Assembly: GCA_001189075.1 (NCBI GenBank)
Contig: LFCN01000006.1
Span: forward strand, 321,746-385,745
Origin: Parcubacteria bacterium C7867-004
GTDB taxonomy: Bacteria; Patescibacteriota; Minisyncoccia; Phycocordibacterales; Phycocordibacteraceae
Direction of reading: 5' to 3'
Length of the DNA: 64,000 nt
A model generated the notes under the pieces. It saw only the letters and a list, made by a program, of their open reading frames with translations. It was not told the origin of the DNA and made no database searches. This document shows, piece after piece, positions 29,929 to 39,745 of the stretch. The stretch's first letter is position 1, and each line of letters opens with the position of its first letter. A program made the position numbers and the translations under genes.

Positions 29929-30294
29929 ATGGCTGACCTCACGTATCACATCGAGCGCCTCCGGGAGAAGCCGCATCATGTGCGTCACGGTATCGCGCTC
30001 GGCGTTGCAGCTGGCTTCACTGCGCTCGTTGCGGTCGTGTGGGCTACCGTACTTGTCTCGGGAGGCACACTCGCGCTCAAGACGAGCGAAGCGACGACGA
30101 ACGAAAACCCCGACGTTCAGGTGAAGCAGGCGATCACGGAAACCAAGTCCGCCTTCTCGAGTCTCATGGGCGCCGCCGGAGCGGCTATGGGCGCCACCTC
30201 AAGCGAAGCGGCGCTCTCCATCGTCACCAGCGCTCGGGAAGAGTCGACTATGAAATCTTCCGATAGCGCGGGGAAGACGGTGATCCCTTTTTAA
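29929..30294 (+). CDS. single-pass membrane protein, hypothetical
   Basis: IERLREKPHHVR followed by a TM helix; operonic with gyrA. Confidence 0.75.
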   Translation: MADLTYHIERLREKPHHVRHGIALGVAAGFTALVAVVWATVLVSGGTLALKTSEATTNENPDVQVKQAITETKSAFSSLMGAAGAAMGATSSEAALSIVTSAREESTMKSSDSAGKTVIPF

Positions 30295-30297
30295 TGC

Positions 30298-32772
30298 ATG
30301 GCTAAGAAAGCAGACAACACGCCCGTACCCGCGGCAGAGCCGCGCGTAAGCATCATCGATCAGTCGATCACGACTGAGATGCGTACAAGCTATCTCGACT
30401 ACGCGATGTCGGTCATAACCTCGCGCGCGCTTCCAGATGTCCGTGATGGACTGAAGCCGGTGCATCGCCGAATCCTCTACGCGATGCGTATGACGGGCCT
30501 TACGCCGACCGCTAAGTTCAGAAAGAGCGCGACGGTGGTGGGAGAGGTGCTTGGTTCCTATCACCCGCACGGCGACGCGTCGGTGTACGACGCGATGGTA
30601 AAGCTCGCGCAGGATTTCAGTACTCGCTATCCGCTCGTGGCGGGACAGGGTAACTTCGGATCGATCGACGGGGACCCAGCCGCAGCCTACCGTTACACCG
30701 AGGCGAAGATGTCGCGCATCGCCGACGAGATGCTCCGTGACCTCGAGAAAGACACTATCGAATGGGCGCCAAACTTCGACGCGTCGAAACAAGAACCGAC
30801 CGCGCTTCCGGCAGCTGCTCCGAACCTGCTCCTTAATGGTGCGCTCGGTATCGCGGTGGGTATGGCAACCAACATCCCGCCGCATAACCTGCGCGAGGTG
30901 GTGGATGCGACGACGACGCTCATCGATAATCCTGACGCGACTACCGACGACCTGCTCGTGCACGTGAAGGGACCCGACTTCCCGTTGGGCGCCATCGCGT
31001 TCAACCAGACCGATATCAAGCACGCGTATACCACCGGCCGCGGGGGCGTTATCGTGCGCGGAGAAGCAGATATCGTCGAAGAGAAGAAGGGGACCAGCAT
31101 CATCATTACGTCGATTCCCTACCGCGTGAACAAGGCGGACCTCATCACTCGGATTGCTGATCTTGTCAGGGACAAGAAATTGGAGGGCATCAAGGACCTG
31201 CGCGATGAATCGACCTCCGATATCCGCATCAACGTAGAGCTGAAGAGTTCGGCATATCCGCAGTCCGTGCTCAATAACCTCTATAAGCACACCGAGCTCG
31301 AGAGCACCTTCCACTACAACATGCTCGCGCTCGTCGACGGCGTGCCGCAGACCCTTTCTCTTAAGGGTATGCTCGAAGCGTTCATTGGACACCGCAAGGA
31401 GGTAGTGAAGCGAAGAACGGAGTATGAGCTCCGTAAGGCGGAGGAGCGCGAGCATATCCTGCTTGGTCTCTCGAAGGCGCTCGACCACATCGAGGAGGTC
31501 ATCAAGATCATCCGCGCGTCCAAAGACGTGCCTACTGCTGATCTCGCACTCCGCAAGAAGTTCGCTTTCTCCGAGCGCCAGACTGCCGCAATCCTCGCGA
31601 TGCGCCTCCAGACGCTCGCCGGACTTGAGCGCAAGAAGATCGATGACGAGCTCAAGGAAGTACAGGCGCTCATCACTCGCCTCAAGAAGATCCTCTCAAG
31701 CGCGAAGAACATTCTTGCGGTGGTGCGAGAAGAGCTCGTCGAGCTCCGCGACAAGTACGGGGATGATCGTCGCACCAAGATCGTAAAGGGCGGCGTGAAG
31801 AATATTTCCATGGAAGACCTCGTTCCGGACGAGGAGTCGGTGCTCGTGCTTACCGCCGGCGGCTACGTGAAGCGGACCAATCCTGAGGAATATAAAATCC
31901 AGAAGCGCGGCGGCGTAGGCGTTATCGACATGTCCACTAAGGAAGAGGACGTGGTGACACATTTCCTTAAGGCGAGCGCACATTCCGACCTCCTCTTCTT
32001 CACTGATTACGGAAAGGCGTACCAGATGAAGATGTACGAGCTGCCGGAGGGCAAGCGCGCGACGAAAGGAAAGTCGATGATGAACTTCCTGCAGCTGGCT
32101 GCTGAGGAGAAGGTAACGAGCGTGCTTGCGGTGCCGAAGGGCTCCGCGCAGGAGGCGCTCTCCGTGTTCTTCGTCACGCAGGAGGGCGTGGTGAAGAAGG
32201 TGGCAGCCAAGTCATTCGCCGACGTTCGTCGTTCTGGCATCATCGCCATAGCGCTCAAAGGCGGCGACAAGCTCGTTTCGGCATCGCTTGCCGGAGACGG
32301 CGACAGCATTTCTATAGTAACGGCCAAGGGTCAGAGCATCCGGTTTGATGAGGCTGATACGCGCGCGATGGGACGCGTTGCAGCCGGCGTCCGCGGCATG
32401 AGCGTGAAGAAGGGCGACCGGATCGTATCGGCTGAGGTAGTACCCGCGATAGCAAAGGGTGCGGCGCTCCTTATCATCATGGAGAAGGGCTACGGCAAGA
32501 AGACTCCGCTTTCCGAATACAAGATCCAAGGACGAGGAGGCTCGGGCATCAAGACTGCGGACGTAACGGCTAAGACCGGCGACATCATCGGCGCGAAGGT
32601 GCTTATCGGCGGCGAGGATACGGCGGTAGAGGAGCTCGTGGTCATCTCAAAGAAGGGGCAGGTCATCCGCTGCACGACGGCTGAGATTCCTTCCCTCTCA
32701 CGCGCGACGCAGGGCGTCCGGGTCATGAAGATGCGCGAAGGGGATTCCATCGCTTCGATGGTCGCCCTCTAG
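30298..32772 (+). CDS. gyrA: DNA gyrase subunit A
   Basis: [30 protein letters not shown], GyrA-box QKRGGVG, beta-pinwheel repeats. Confidence 0.97.
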   Translation: MAKKADNTPVPAAEPRVSIIDQSITTEMRTSYLDYAMSVITSRALPDVRDGLKPVHRRILYAMRMTGLTPTAKFRKSATVVGEVLGSYHPHGDASVYDAMVKLAQDFSTRYPLVAGQGNFGSIDGDPAAAYRYTEAKMSRIADEMLRDLEKDTIEWAPNFDASKQEPTALPAAAPNLLLNGALGIAVGMATNIPPHNLREVVDATTTLIDNPDATTDDLLVHVKGPDFPLGAIAFNQTDIKHAYTTGRGGVIVRGEADIVEEKKGTSIIITSIPYRVNKADLITRIADLVRDKKLEGIKDLRDESTSDIRINVELKSSAYPQSVLNNLYKHTELESTFHYNMLALVDGVPQTLSLKGMLEAFIGHRKEVVKRRTEYELRKAEEREHILLGLSKALDHIEEVIKIIRASKDVPTADLALRKKFAFSERQTAAILAMRLQTLAGLERKKIDDELKEVQALITRLKKILSSAKNILAVVREELVELRDKYGDDRRTKIVKGGVKNISMEDLVPDEESVLVLTAGGYVKRTNPEEYKIQKRGGVGVIDMSTKEEDVVTHFLKASAHSDLLFFTDYGKAYQMKMYELPEGKRATKGKSMMNFLQLAAEEKVTSVLAVPKGSAQEALSVFFVTQEGVVKKVAAKSFADVRRSGIIAIALKGGDKLVSASLAGDGDSISIVTAKGQSIRFDEADTRAMGRVAAGVRGMSVKKGDRIVSAEVVPAIAKGAALLIIMEKGYGKKTPLSEYKIQGRGGSGIKTADVTAKTGDIIGAKVLIGGEDTAVEELVVISKKGQVIRCTTAEIPSLSRATQGVRVMKMREGDSIASMVAL

Positions 32773-32834
32773 AACTTCTCCGTGCTTGTTAGTTACGGCC
32801 CGCGCACTGCGCGGGCCGTGCTATTTTTAAGGTA

Positions 32835-33365
32835 ATGCATTTCAGCGATCCGAAGAGCAACGTCCTCCAGCTCGGACTGCGCGAGGGTATGAAGGTCGGG
32901 GACCTTGGTGCCGGGTCAGGGCACTATGCGCTCGTAGCGGCTGCGGTTGTGGGCGAAGCGGGTCGTGTGTACGCCGTCGATATCCAGGAGGACATATTGA
33001 AGCGCGTGGCGGATTCCGCTTCAGAGCAGGGACTTCGGAATATCGAGACCGTCTGGGGCAACTTCGAGAAGCTCGGTGGAACCACATTGAGGGACCACTC
33101 GCTTGATGCGGTTATCCTCTCGAACACGCTCTTCCAGCTTGAGCATAAGGAAGGCGCGATCGCTGAGATCAGGCGCGTACTTAAGCCTGGCGGGAGATTG
33201 CTCGTTGTCGATTGGGCGGGTGCGTACGGCGGCATGGGGCCTGCACCGCATCATGTGGTGTCCGAACATGTGGCCGAGGAACTGTTCATCACGGGCGGCT
33301 TTCATAAGGTGAAGGACTTCCGTGCTGGTCCGCACCATTATTCGATCGTCTTTACCGCGCCCTAG
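32835..33365 (+). CDS. class I SAM-dependent methyltransferase
   Basis: DLGAGSG, YAVDI, RVLKPGGRLLVVDW. Confidence 0.9.
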   Translation: MHFSDPKSNVLQLGLREGMKVGDLGAGSGHYALVAAAVVGEAGRVYAVDIQEDILKRVADSASEQGLRNIETVWGNFEKLGGTTLRDHSLDAVILSNTLFQLEHKEGAIAEIRRVLKPGGRLLVVDWAGAYGGMGPAPHHVVSEHVAEELFITGGFHKVKDFRAGPHHYSIVFTAP

Positions 33366-33366
33366 C

Positions 33367-34674
33367 ATGAAGAACCTCAAGCCATTCCAGATCATCATCA
33401 TGGCCGTATTCGGCCTGATAGCTTTGCTCGGACTCTTCCTGTTCGCGAACTTCAAGGGATTCAGTAGCGGAGTGGCGCCGGTGGGTGAGGTTACCATCTG
33501 GGGAACGCTCCCTGCGGTGCCGATACAGGACGTCATCGGCTCACTCAAACAGACACATCCCGAATACGGGCAGGTGAGCTATGTCGAGATAAAGAAAGAG
33601 ACGTTCTCGGTAGATCTCGCGGAAGCTATTGCGTCTGGAAGCGGCCCTGATCTCCTTATCGTCTCGCAGGAGGAGCTGCTCGCGACCCAGAACAAGCTCT
33701 CGCTCATACCGTCCTCGAAGATCTCGGAACGGACCTTCCGCGACACCTATCTTCCTATCAATGAGCTGTATCTCGTGAATGGCGGCACGCTCGGCATCCC
33801 GTTCGTTGTTGATCCGCTCATGCTCTACTACAACCGCCCCGTCCTCTCGTCAGCAGGAGTCGCGACGCCGCCTTCGACCTGGGAAGCGGTAACGGGGCTT
33901 GCGTCAGCAGTGAACCGCGAGAGCCAGGGACGTACCCTTACGAGCAGTCTTATCGCGCTCGGTACCTACGCGAACATCGAGAACGCGCGCGGCATCATCT
34001 CGCTCTTGTTCCTCCAGTCGGGGTACACCATAACCGAGAAGAATAACGAGGGCATCAAGACTAATCTCACCAATCTTGGCACGGTGTCGACTTTCGGCAC
34101 GACGCCCGCTGAAAGCGCGCTCAACTTCTATACCGAGTTCGCGAATCCGGGGAAAACGGTCTACTCCTGGAACGCGTCGCTTCCGAATAGTCGCCAGGCA
34201 TTCCTCGCGGGCGATCTCGCGCTCTACCTCGGCTACGCTTCCGAGCGAGCGATTCTTTCAGAAGCGAACCCGAACCTGGACTTCGATATGGCAGCCGTAC
34301 CGGTGCAGGGAACTGCAACACTCCGCACCACGTATGGGCGCGCCTACGCGTTTACCATCCCGAAGTCGACGCCGAACTCGACCGGTGCCTACCGCATCGC
34401 GCTTGCCCTTACCGGTAAGGACTCCCTTCCGATGCTCGCGCATGCACTCGGCATGGCACCGGCACAGCGTCAGCTTCTTGCGCCGACCAAGGGCGACCTC
34501 TATGAGCCGGTGTACTTCCCGCAGGCGCTCGTAGCGAAAGGATGGCTGTCCCCATCGACTGCTACCACCGACCGCATCTTTGCTACGATGGTGGGGAACG
34601 TGATCAGCGGGAAGGAGAATGTGCGGGAGGCGCTTTATACGGCTGATCAGTCCCTTAATGCCGCATTAAAATAA
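33367..34674 (+). CDS. membrane-anchored extracellular solute-binding protein (family 1-like)
   Basis: N-terminal TM, VTIWG, SGSGPDL, LYYN, PSTW, FLAGDLA. Confidence 0.8.
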   Translation: MKNLKPFQIIIMAVFGLIALLGLFLFANFKGFSSGVAPVGEVTIWGTLPAVPIQDVIGSLKQTHPEYGQVSYVEIKKETFSVDLAEAIASGSGPDLLIVSQEELLATQNKLSLIPSSKISERTFRDTYLPINELYLVNGGTLGIPFVVDPLMLYYNRPVLSSAGVATPPSTWEAVTGLASAVNRESQGRTLTSSLIALGTYANIENARGIISLLFLQSGYTITEKNNEGIKTNLTNLGTVSTFGTTPAESALNFYTEFANPGKTVYSWNASLPNSRQAFLAGDLALYLGYASERAILSEANPNLDFDMAAVPVQGTATLRTTYGRAYAFTIPKSTPNSTGAYRIALALTGKDSLPMLAHALGMAPAQRQLLAPTKGDLYEPVYFPQALVAKGWLSPSTATTDRIFATMVGNVISGKENVREALYTADQSLNAALK

Positions 34675-34679
34675 TTTAT

Positions 34680-35096
34680 ATGAGACGAATCCTCTCCTCA
34701 CTGCTACTCGCCTTTCTGTGCTTTGTGAGTATTGTTCCTGCAATTGCGCTCGCGCAGACGGGCGGACAGCCATCGGGAACGGCTCCTACTGGCGGCCAGC
34801 CGTCGGGAACCCCGCCTCCATCGAATGCGGGCTCTGGTCTTGTTAATCCACTCAACAATATCGACTCCCTGCCGGATTTCCTGAACGCGATACTTAATGC
34901 GGTTGTAGACATCGGCAGTATCATCCTGGTCCTCGCGCTGGTCTATACCGGCTTCTTGTTCGTTGCCGCACAGGGAAATCAGGAGAAACTGAGCAGTGCC
35001 CGGAACGCGCTTATATGGACCGTGGTCGGCGGACTCGTTTTGCTCGGCGCTAAGGCGATCGGTCTTGTCATCGAAGCAACCGTTAAGACCTTATGA
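34680..35096 (+). CDS. TrbC/VirB2-like pilin
   Basis: Signal peptide ALA-Q, LVNPL, two TM helices flanking AQGNQEKLSSAR..LIWTVVG. Confidence 0.8.
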   Translation: MRRILSSLLLAFLCFVSIVPAIALAQTGGQPSGTAPTGGQPSGTPPPSNAGSGLVNPLNNIDSLPDFLNAILNAVVDIGSIILVLALVYTGFLFVAAQGNQEKLSSARNALIWTVVGGLVLLGAKAIGLVIEATVKTL

Positions 35097-35404
35097 TCAA
35101 GTTCTCTCGGATAGCGTTGCTTGCGGGAACGTTAGTTCTCCTTCCTGAAGTAGCAAGTGCAGCGGAGACTTTTAAGAGTCTTACTGCGAAGATAGTTACC
35201 CTTGTGAACACTGCGGTTGTTCCTCTTATCTACGCCATAGCCATAGTTATCTTCCTCATAGGCATGCTCAGGTTCTTCTTTCTCGGTGGGGAGGAAGGCC
35301 GTGAGAAAGGGAAACAGTTCATGCTCTGGGGCATCATCGCGCTTGTGGTGATGTTCTCGGTCTGGGGCATAGTCAGGCTTCTGCTCACTGCTCTTCCGGG
35401 GTAG
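35093..35404 (+). CDS. VirB2-like pilin
   Basis: Signal peptide, TM-GGEEGREKGKQFMLWGII-TM. Confidence 0.8.
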   Translation: MIKFSRIALLAGTLVLLPEVASAAETFKSLTAKIVTLVNTAVVPLIYAIAIVIFLIGMLRFFFLGGEEGREKGKQFMLWGIIALVVMFSVWGIVRLLLTALPG

Positions 35405-35453
35405 GTGCATAACATTCCGTCAAACTCATTCCGCCTGCTACCTTTATACATAT

Positions 35454-35867
35454 ATGAAAACATCACGATTTCTGGTTTCCGCGAGTGCGCTCGCTCTCGC
35501 GCTTAGTGCTCCGATTATAGCGTTCGCGCAGAGCGGCAAGATAGGAGGCTCGAGGCTCGATACGTTCCTTCCGAGTATCGTCGATTTCATAAACTCGATA
35601 CTCATACCGTTCATCTTCGCAATCGCTTTCATCGTATTCATCTGGGGTATCTTCCAGTATTTCATCGCGGGTGGCGCGAATGAGGAACAGCGCGACAAGG
35701 GGAAGCAGCTGGCGGTCTGGGGCATCATCGCATTCTTCGTAATGATCTCCGTCTGGGGCATGATCAACTTGTTGGTCGATACCTTCGGTTTCGGTGGACA
35801 GAATGCGCCGAAGCTTCCGACTTTCAAGCCAGCCGCGATGCTCTCAGTGCCGCTTGATGCTGCGTAG
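35454..35867 (+). CDS. VirB2-like pilin
   Basis: Signal AFA-Q, FIWGIFQYFIAGG..DKGKQLAVWGII. Confidence 0.8.
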   Translation: MKTSRFLVSASALALALSAPIIAFAQSGKIGGSRLDTFLPSIVDFINSILIPFIFAIAFIVFIWGIFQYFIAGGANEEQRDKGKQLAVWGIIAFFVMISVWGMINLLVDTFGFGGQNAPKLPTFKPAAMLSVPLDAA

Positions 35868-36134
35868 CGTTTTCCCCACGCGTCCTCAGGCTCTATTGAC
35901 GTTCACTCATTCCAGTCTATCCTTAGCTTTAGTAGCGAATCGTTACCACTAACCACCCATCATGAAGAAACTCGGATATCTCGTTCTCGCGTTCGTTCTC
36001 TCGTTCCCGGTCTCGGCATTCGCCCAGATTAATGCGACCAATGCTCAGACGTTCAGCAACGGCGCAATCAACCTCATCAACAACGTATTTATCCCGCTCG
36101 TCTTCGCAATCGCTTTCATCGTATTCATCTGGGG
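35614..36134 (+). repeat. identical 34-bp direct repeat shared by two pilin genes (35614-35647 and 36101-36134)
   Basis: TCTTCGCAATCGCTTTCATCGTATTCATCTGGGG in both. Confidence 0.9.
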
Positions 36135-36327
36135 AGTATTCCAGTACTTCATCGCTGGCGGACACGACGAGGAGAAGCGCGAGACCGGAAAGAGCCTCAT
36201 GCTCTGGGGCATCATTGGATTCTTCATTATGGTCTCCGTCTGGGGCCTCGTGAACATCCTCCGCGGAACCATTCAGGTTAACAACAGCGTTCCGGACTAC
36301 GCTCCGAACCTCCCAACAAACCAGTAG
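35962..36327 (+). CDS. VirB2-like pilin
   Basis: Signal AFA-Q, FIWGVFQYFIAGG..ETGKSLMLWGII. Confidence 0.8.
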   Translation: MKKLGYLVLAFVLSFPVSAFAQINATNAQTFSNGAINLINNVFIPLVFAIAFIVFIWGVFQYFIAGGHDEEKRETGKSLMLWGIIGFFIMVSVWGLVNILRGTIQVNNSVPDYAPNLPTNQ

Positions 36328-36393
36328 GAACTATCCGAGTTTCTCCACTCACGAAGGCCGCGCGCAAGCGCGGCCTTCTGCTATCATTACCGC

Positions 36394-36636
36394 ATGGAAT
36401 ATAAGGAGTTTGTAACTAAAGTGCAGGACGCGATTCTCACACCCATCATCACGCTCCTCGCGCTCGCGGCATTCGTGCTCTTCATCTGGGGAGTCGTGCA
36501 GATGCTCGCGTCCGCAGAAGACCAGGAGAAGCGCCGTACGGGTCAGCAGCACATGATCTGGGGCATCATTGGACTGGTTATCATCTTCGGTACCAACGCG
36601 ATTATCTCGCTCATACGAGCGACGGTGGGTGGGTAG
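36394..36636 (+). CDS. VirB2-like pilin without signal peptide
   Basis: FIWGVV..EKRRTGQQHMIWGIIG; likely leaderless promoter TGcTATCAT. Confidence 0.75.
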   Translation: MEYKEFVTKVQDAILTPIITLLALAAFVLFIWGVVQMLASAEDQEKRRTGQQHMIWGIIGLVIIFGTNAIISLIRATVGG

Positions 36637-36695
36637 TAGATAAAGAAAAGAGCCGTTCCCAAAGGAAACGGCTCCACACACAAAGGACAGGGTTC

Positions 36696-37226
36696 TTACC
36701 CGAGACTCGCGTACTTGACCGGGACTTCTTCGTCCGGCTGGCGCAGGCGATACTCGTACTTCATCCGGATCGGAGTGCCCGTACTGGACTGCACCGCGAC
36801 GCCGAAGTTGTACTTGCAGATCTGGGGATCCCAGGGGATCTTCTTGCCCCCTCCGATCTCGCAGAACCTCCGGTAGGTGATCTCGGTGTCACCCTTGCAG
36901 ATGTTGCCGGGACCGACCTCGCAGAAGACCAAATCGTAGCCCTGCTCGGTCGGGACGTAGGCTGACGTGGTATCTCCAGCCGGAGCCAGGATATCTTGCC
37001 AGCCCCGCGCGAGAGGCGCCTGAGGCCGAATGGCCGCCACGCTCGGGAGCGAATAGCGAGCCTTCTGCAGCTCGGCCATGGTGGCTTTCGACTTCTGCTT
37101 CGAGTCGTGCTCGACGAACATCATCTTGAACTTCGGGATGCCGAAGGCCAGGGTGAGGAGGATGCCGATGGTAACGAGAAGCCTGCCGCGTTTCTTGGTC
37201 GGGGTCGATGTGGTAGTGCTCATCAC
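36696..37226 (-). CDS. single-pass membrane protein with four Cys, hypothetical
   Basis: AAGGAGG SD overlapping the end of the SPFH gene; TM followed by a soluble domain. Confidence 0.7.
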   Translation of the reverse strand: MMSTTTSTPTKKRGRLLVTIGILLTLAFGIPKFKMMFVEHDSKQKSKATMAELQKARYSLPSVAAIRPQAPLARGWQDILAPAGDTTSAYVPTEQGYDLVFCEVGPGNICKGDTEITYRRFCEIGGGKKIPWDPQICKYNFGVAVQSSTGTPIRMKYEYRLRQPDEEVPVKYASLG

Positions 37227-38125
37227 GAACCTCCTTTCTTAGCGCCGAATACTTCGACGATGCCTTGCTTGATCGTATCGGCGATGCCTTGCGCACCCTC
37301 GAGACGGATAATATGACGGGTTGCGGTTGCTTTGCCGCGCTCCGTCTGCATGGTCTCCAGGGCCAGCTCAGGCTTCACGCCTTTTGCGCCCAAGTCGTCA
37401 ATCCATGCGATCACCCCCTTGCGTTCCACGCCTTCTGAGACGAGTTGCGCTTCCTCGATCCGCTTGTGAGCGGCCGCCGCGGGAATTTCCGGCGGCGGAA
37501 GGATTTCAGGGATCTCCACCTTGATGACCTCATACCCCAGAAGGGCAGAGGAATCTCCCATCGCGGTCTTGATATCGGCCGCGAGGGTGCTCCACGTTGC
37601 CGGCCTTTCAAGCACCTCAGATTCCTTGCCGGCAATGCCGTCGCGGAACCGGCTTTCGCCGATCTTCATGAGGGACGTGAGTGGGGCGTCAGCGCTGAGA
37701 TTGGTGTGCGGATCAATGACCTTCAGCGTGGCGAAGAAGGAGCCCGTCATCTCGACGTTGTCCGTGGACAACGCTTTGACGTTCTCCGGTGCAGTGGTCT
37801 TGATGCGAACATCCACCGGGTCGAAGCTCATCAGGAAGGGAATCAGCCAGTGATGACCTTCTGACAGCACGAAGCCGGCAATCCGCTCGCCCAGGAATTT
37901 GGGAACTCCGACGAAGCCAACCGCGATTGCGGAGTGCTGTCTGCCGGATTGGAAGATTGCGCCGCCGGCGAGTAGAGTCGGCAGGATGCCGAGGAACCAC
38001 CAGTCCGAGGACAAGCCGGTAATCATCAGCACGATGATCGTGATGACGACACCAGTAATGAGCCCCAGAAAGGCAGATATAATCGCGCCGAAGGCGTTTG
38101 TCGTCAGAGTGTTAACCTTGCGCAT
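37223..38125 (-). CDS. SPFH/Band 7 domain membrane protein
   Basis: Two TM helices, GFVGV..FLG..LSEGHHWLIPF, VDVR, ALSTDNV, GYEVIKVEIPEILPP. Confidence 0.75.
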   Translation of the reverse strand: MRKVNTLTTNAFGAIISAFLGLITGVVITIIVLMITGLSSDWWFLGILPTLLAGGAIFQSGRQHSAIAVGFVGVPKFLGERIAGFVLSEGHHWLIPFLMSFDPVDVRIKTTAPENVKALSTDNVEMTGSFFATLKVIDPHTNLSADAPLTSLMKIGESRFRDGIAGKESEVLERPATWSTLAADIKTAMGDSSALLGYEVIKVEIPEILPPPEIPAAAAHKRIEEAQLVSEGVERKGVIAWIDDLGAKGVKPELALETMQTERGKATATRHIIRLEGAQGIADTIKQGIVEVFGAKKGGS

Positions 38126-38226
38126 GAGCGCTTCTCCCGTAACAGACCAAAGGGGGTCTAGAACCTTGCTGACAAGGAGCTAGAATCTAAGTATTATAAT
38201 ACACTTTATGGGAATAAAGTCAAGTG

Positions 38227-38308
38227 TGCCCGGGAGAGGACTTGAACCTCCACCCCCGAAGGGACCTGCTCCTAAGGCAAGCGTGTATACCAATTTCACC
38301 ACCCGGGC
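38227..38308 (-). tRNA. tRNA-Leu(TAG)
   Basis: Anticodon arm CTTGC-CTTAGGA-GCAGG, variable arm, GTTCAAGTC. Confidence 0.95.
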
Positions 38309-38400
38309 AATGCGGATATCCTACCAGGAAAACGCTATTCCTACCCGCGTCCACAGGAATATTGAAAAAGCGATGAACATAGACTACAGTAGTGCTACAC

Positions 38401-38473
38401 GCGCCTGTAGCTCAGTTGGTAGAGCAACTCCCTCTTAAGGAGATGGTCCCTGGTTCGAATCCAGGCAGGCGCA
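38401..38473 (+). tRNA. tRNA-Lys(CTT)
   Basis: Acceptor GCGCCTG/CAGGCGC, anticodon loop CTCTTAA. Confidence 0.95.
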
Positions 38474-38510
38474 CAAATGAAGAAAGCGCAGGCTCTGGCC
38501 TGCGCTTTCT

Positions 38511-39653
38511 CTATTCCACGACACGCCTGAGGTGCTCGGCGATATGGACGGTTATGACGTACGGGGAGGTCTCGTCCAGCTTCGCGATCTCGGCGATCGA
38601 GTTCGGTTTCTCAGGATCTCGCCCGATAATCACAACCGTATCGCCTCGCTTGGCGTCGGGGATGTCAGTCACGTCTATGGAGGTCATATTCATGGATACG
38701 CGTCCCGCTATAGGAGCCTCCTTGCCATTAACCATGAATGACCCTCGGTTCGAGAGCCCGCGATCGACCCCTTCGAAGTAACCCACGGGAACGGTAGCAA
38801 TACGTGACGCGCGCTTGGCACGGAAGGTGGTGTTGTACCCGACCGCGTCGCCTTCGGGTATCTCGCGAATAGAGGTTATGAGGGCGCGCATCTCAAGCAC
38901 GGGCAGGAGCGTAACTTCGTCGACCGGAGACATATCGTATCCGAAGAGTCCCATGCCGATGCGCGCAGTGTTCATGCAGGAGGAGTCGCTGAACCGTATG
39001 CCCTTGGTTGCGGCAAGATGCCGGTATTCGATTGTACGGAATGCCGCGTCCAGCATTGCGAGCATCTTCTTCCATGACGCTATCTGCTGATTGCTGAACG
39101 AAGGATCTACGTTATCAGCATCAGCAAAGTGCGAACAGACACCAACGACACGCAGGTGCGTATTGGCCTCCAGAAGGGCTATAGCTTCTTCAAGATCAGT
39201 TGGAAGGATGCCATGTCGATGCATCCCGGTGTCGAGCTTTATATGCAGGCGTACGCTCTTGTCTGCGAGCCGGCTGAGTTCCCTCAGCTGCTCTATGTCC
39301 GTAATGGCGTAGTCGACGTTCCGGATGCTGCTGTCCGCGATGTATTCCGGTCGCACGTACCCCATAACGGTTATACGTGACCTGATACCGCTCCTACGGA
39401 GCTTCTCAGCCTCGTAGAGGGAATCAACCGCGAAGAATGCGATATCTTCCGTATCAAGGATCTCGGCAACGGGTATGAGTCCGTGCCCGTACGCATTGCT
39501 CTTCAGTACGGGAGCGATTCTGATATCCGGATAGCGTTCCTGGTATGCATGGAGGTTATGCAGCAGGTTCTTTTTTGAAATGGATACCGTGATGAGCGGC
39601 TCGTGGTAGGCGAGCGTCTTTCGTATCCCTTTGATGATGTGTCGAATATTCAT
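38511..39653 (-). CDS. alr: alanine racemase
   Basis: VLKSNAYGHG, HIKLDTGMHRHG, SHFA, VGY, GRVSMN; start at MNIRH because the longer track start lies inside tRNA-Leu. Confidence 0.95.
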   Translation of the reverse strand: MNIRHIIKGIRKTLAYHEPLITVSISKKNLLHNLHAYQERYPDIRIAPVLKSNAYGHGLIPVAEILDTEDIAFFAVDSLYEAEKLRRSGIRSRITVMGYVRPEYIADSSIRNVDYAITDIEQLRELSRLADKSVRLHIKLDTGMHRHGILPTDLEEAIALLEANTHLRVVGVCSHFADADNVDPSFSNQQIASWKKMLAMLDAAFRTIEYRHLAATKGIRFSDSSCMNTARIGMGLFGYDMSPVDEVTLLPVLEMRALITSIREIPEGDAVGYNTTFRAKRASRIATVPVGYFEGVDRGLSNRGSFMVNGKEAPIAGRVSMNMTSIDVTDIPDAKRGDTVVIIGRDPEKPNSIAEIAKLDETSPYVITVHIAEHLRRVVE

Positions 39654-39655
39654 GT

Positions 39656-39745
39656 TGGTACCGGGAGTGGGACTTGAACCCACATGAGCCGTTAGGCTCA
39701 CGACGTTTTAAGCGTCGCGTGTATAACCAATTCCACCATCCCGGC
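39656..39745 (-). tRNA. tRNA-Leu(TAA)
   Basis: Anticodon arm CGACG-CTTAAAA-CGTCG, variable arm, ACCA end. Confidence 0.95.

Noticed and set aside
30199-31488. Long antisense ORFs (also 44592-45902, 22898-24028, 41273-42355, 47953-48963)
   Set aside because: Shadows of well-supported genes, expected from GC-rich codon bias
34680-36636. Possible CRISPR array or DGR template/variable repeats
   Set aside because: Repeats are in-frame coding paralogy with no regular spacers, no adenine-specific mismatch pattern and no reverse transcriptase in the window
39654-39701. N-terminal extension of alr in the ORF track
   Set aside because: Lies within tRNA-Leu(TAA)
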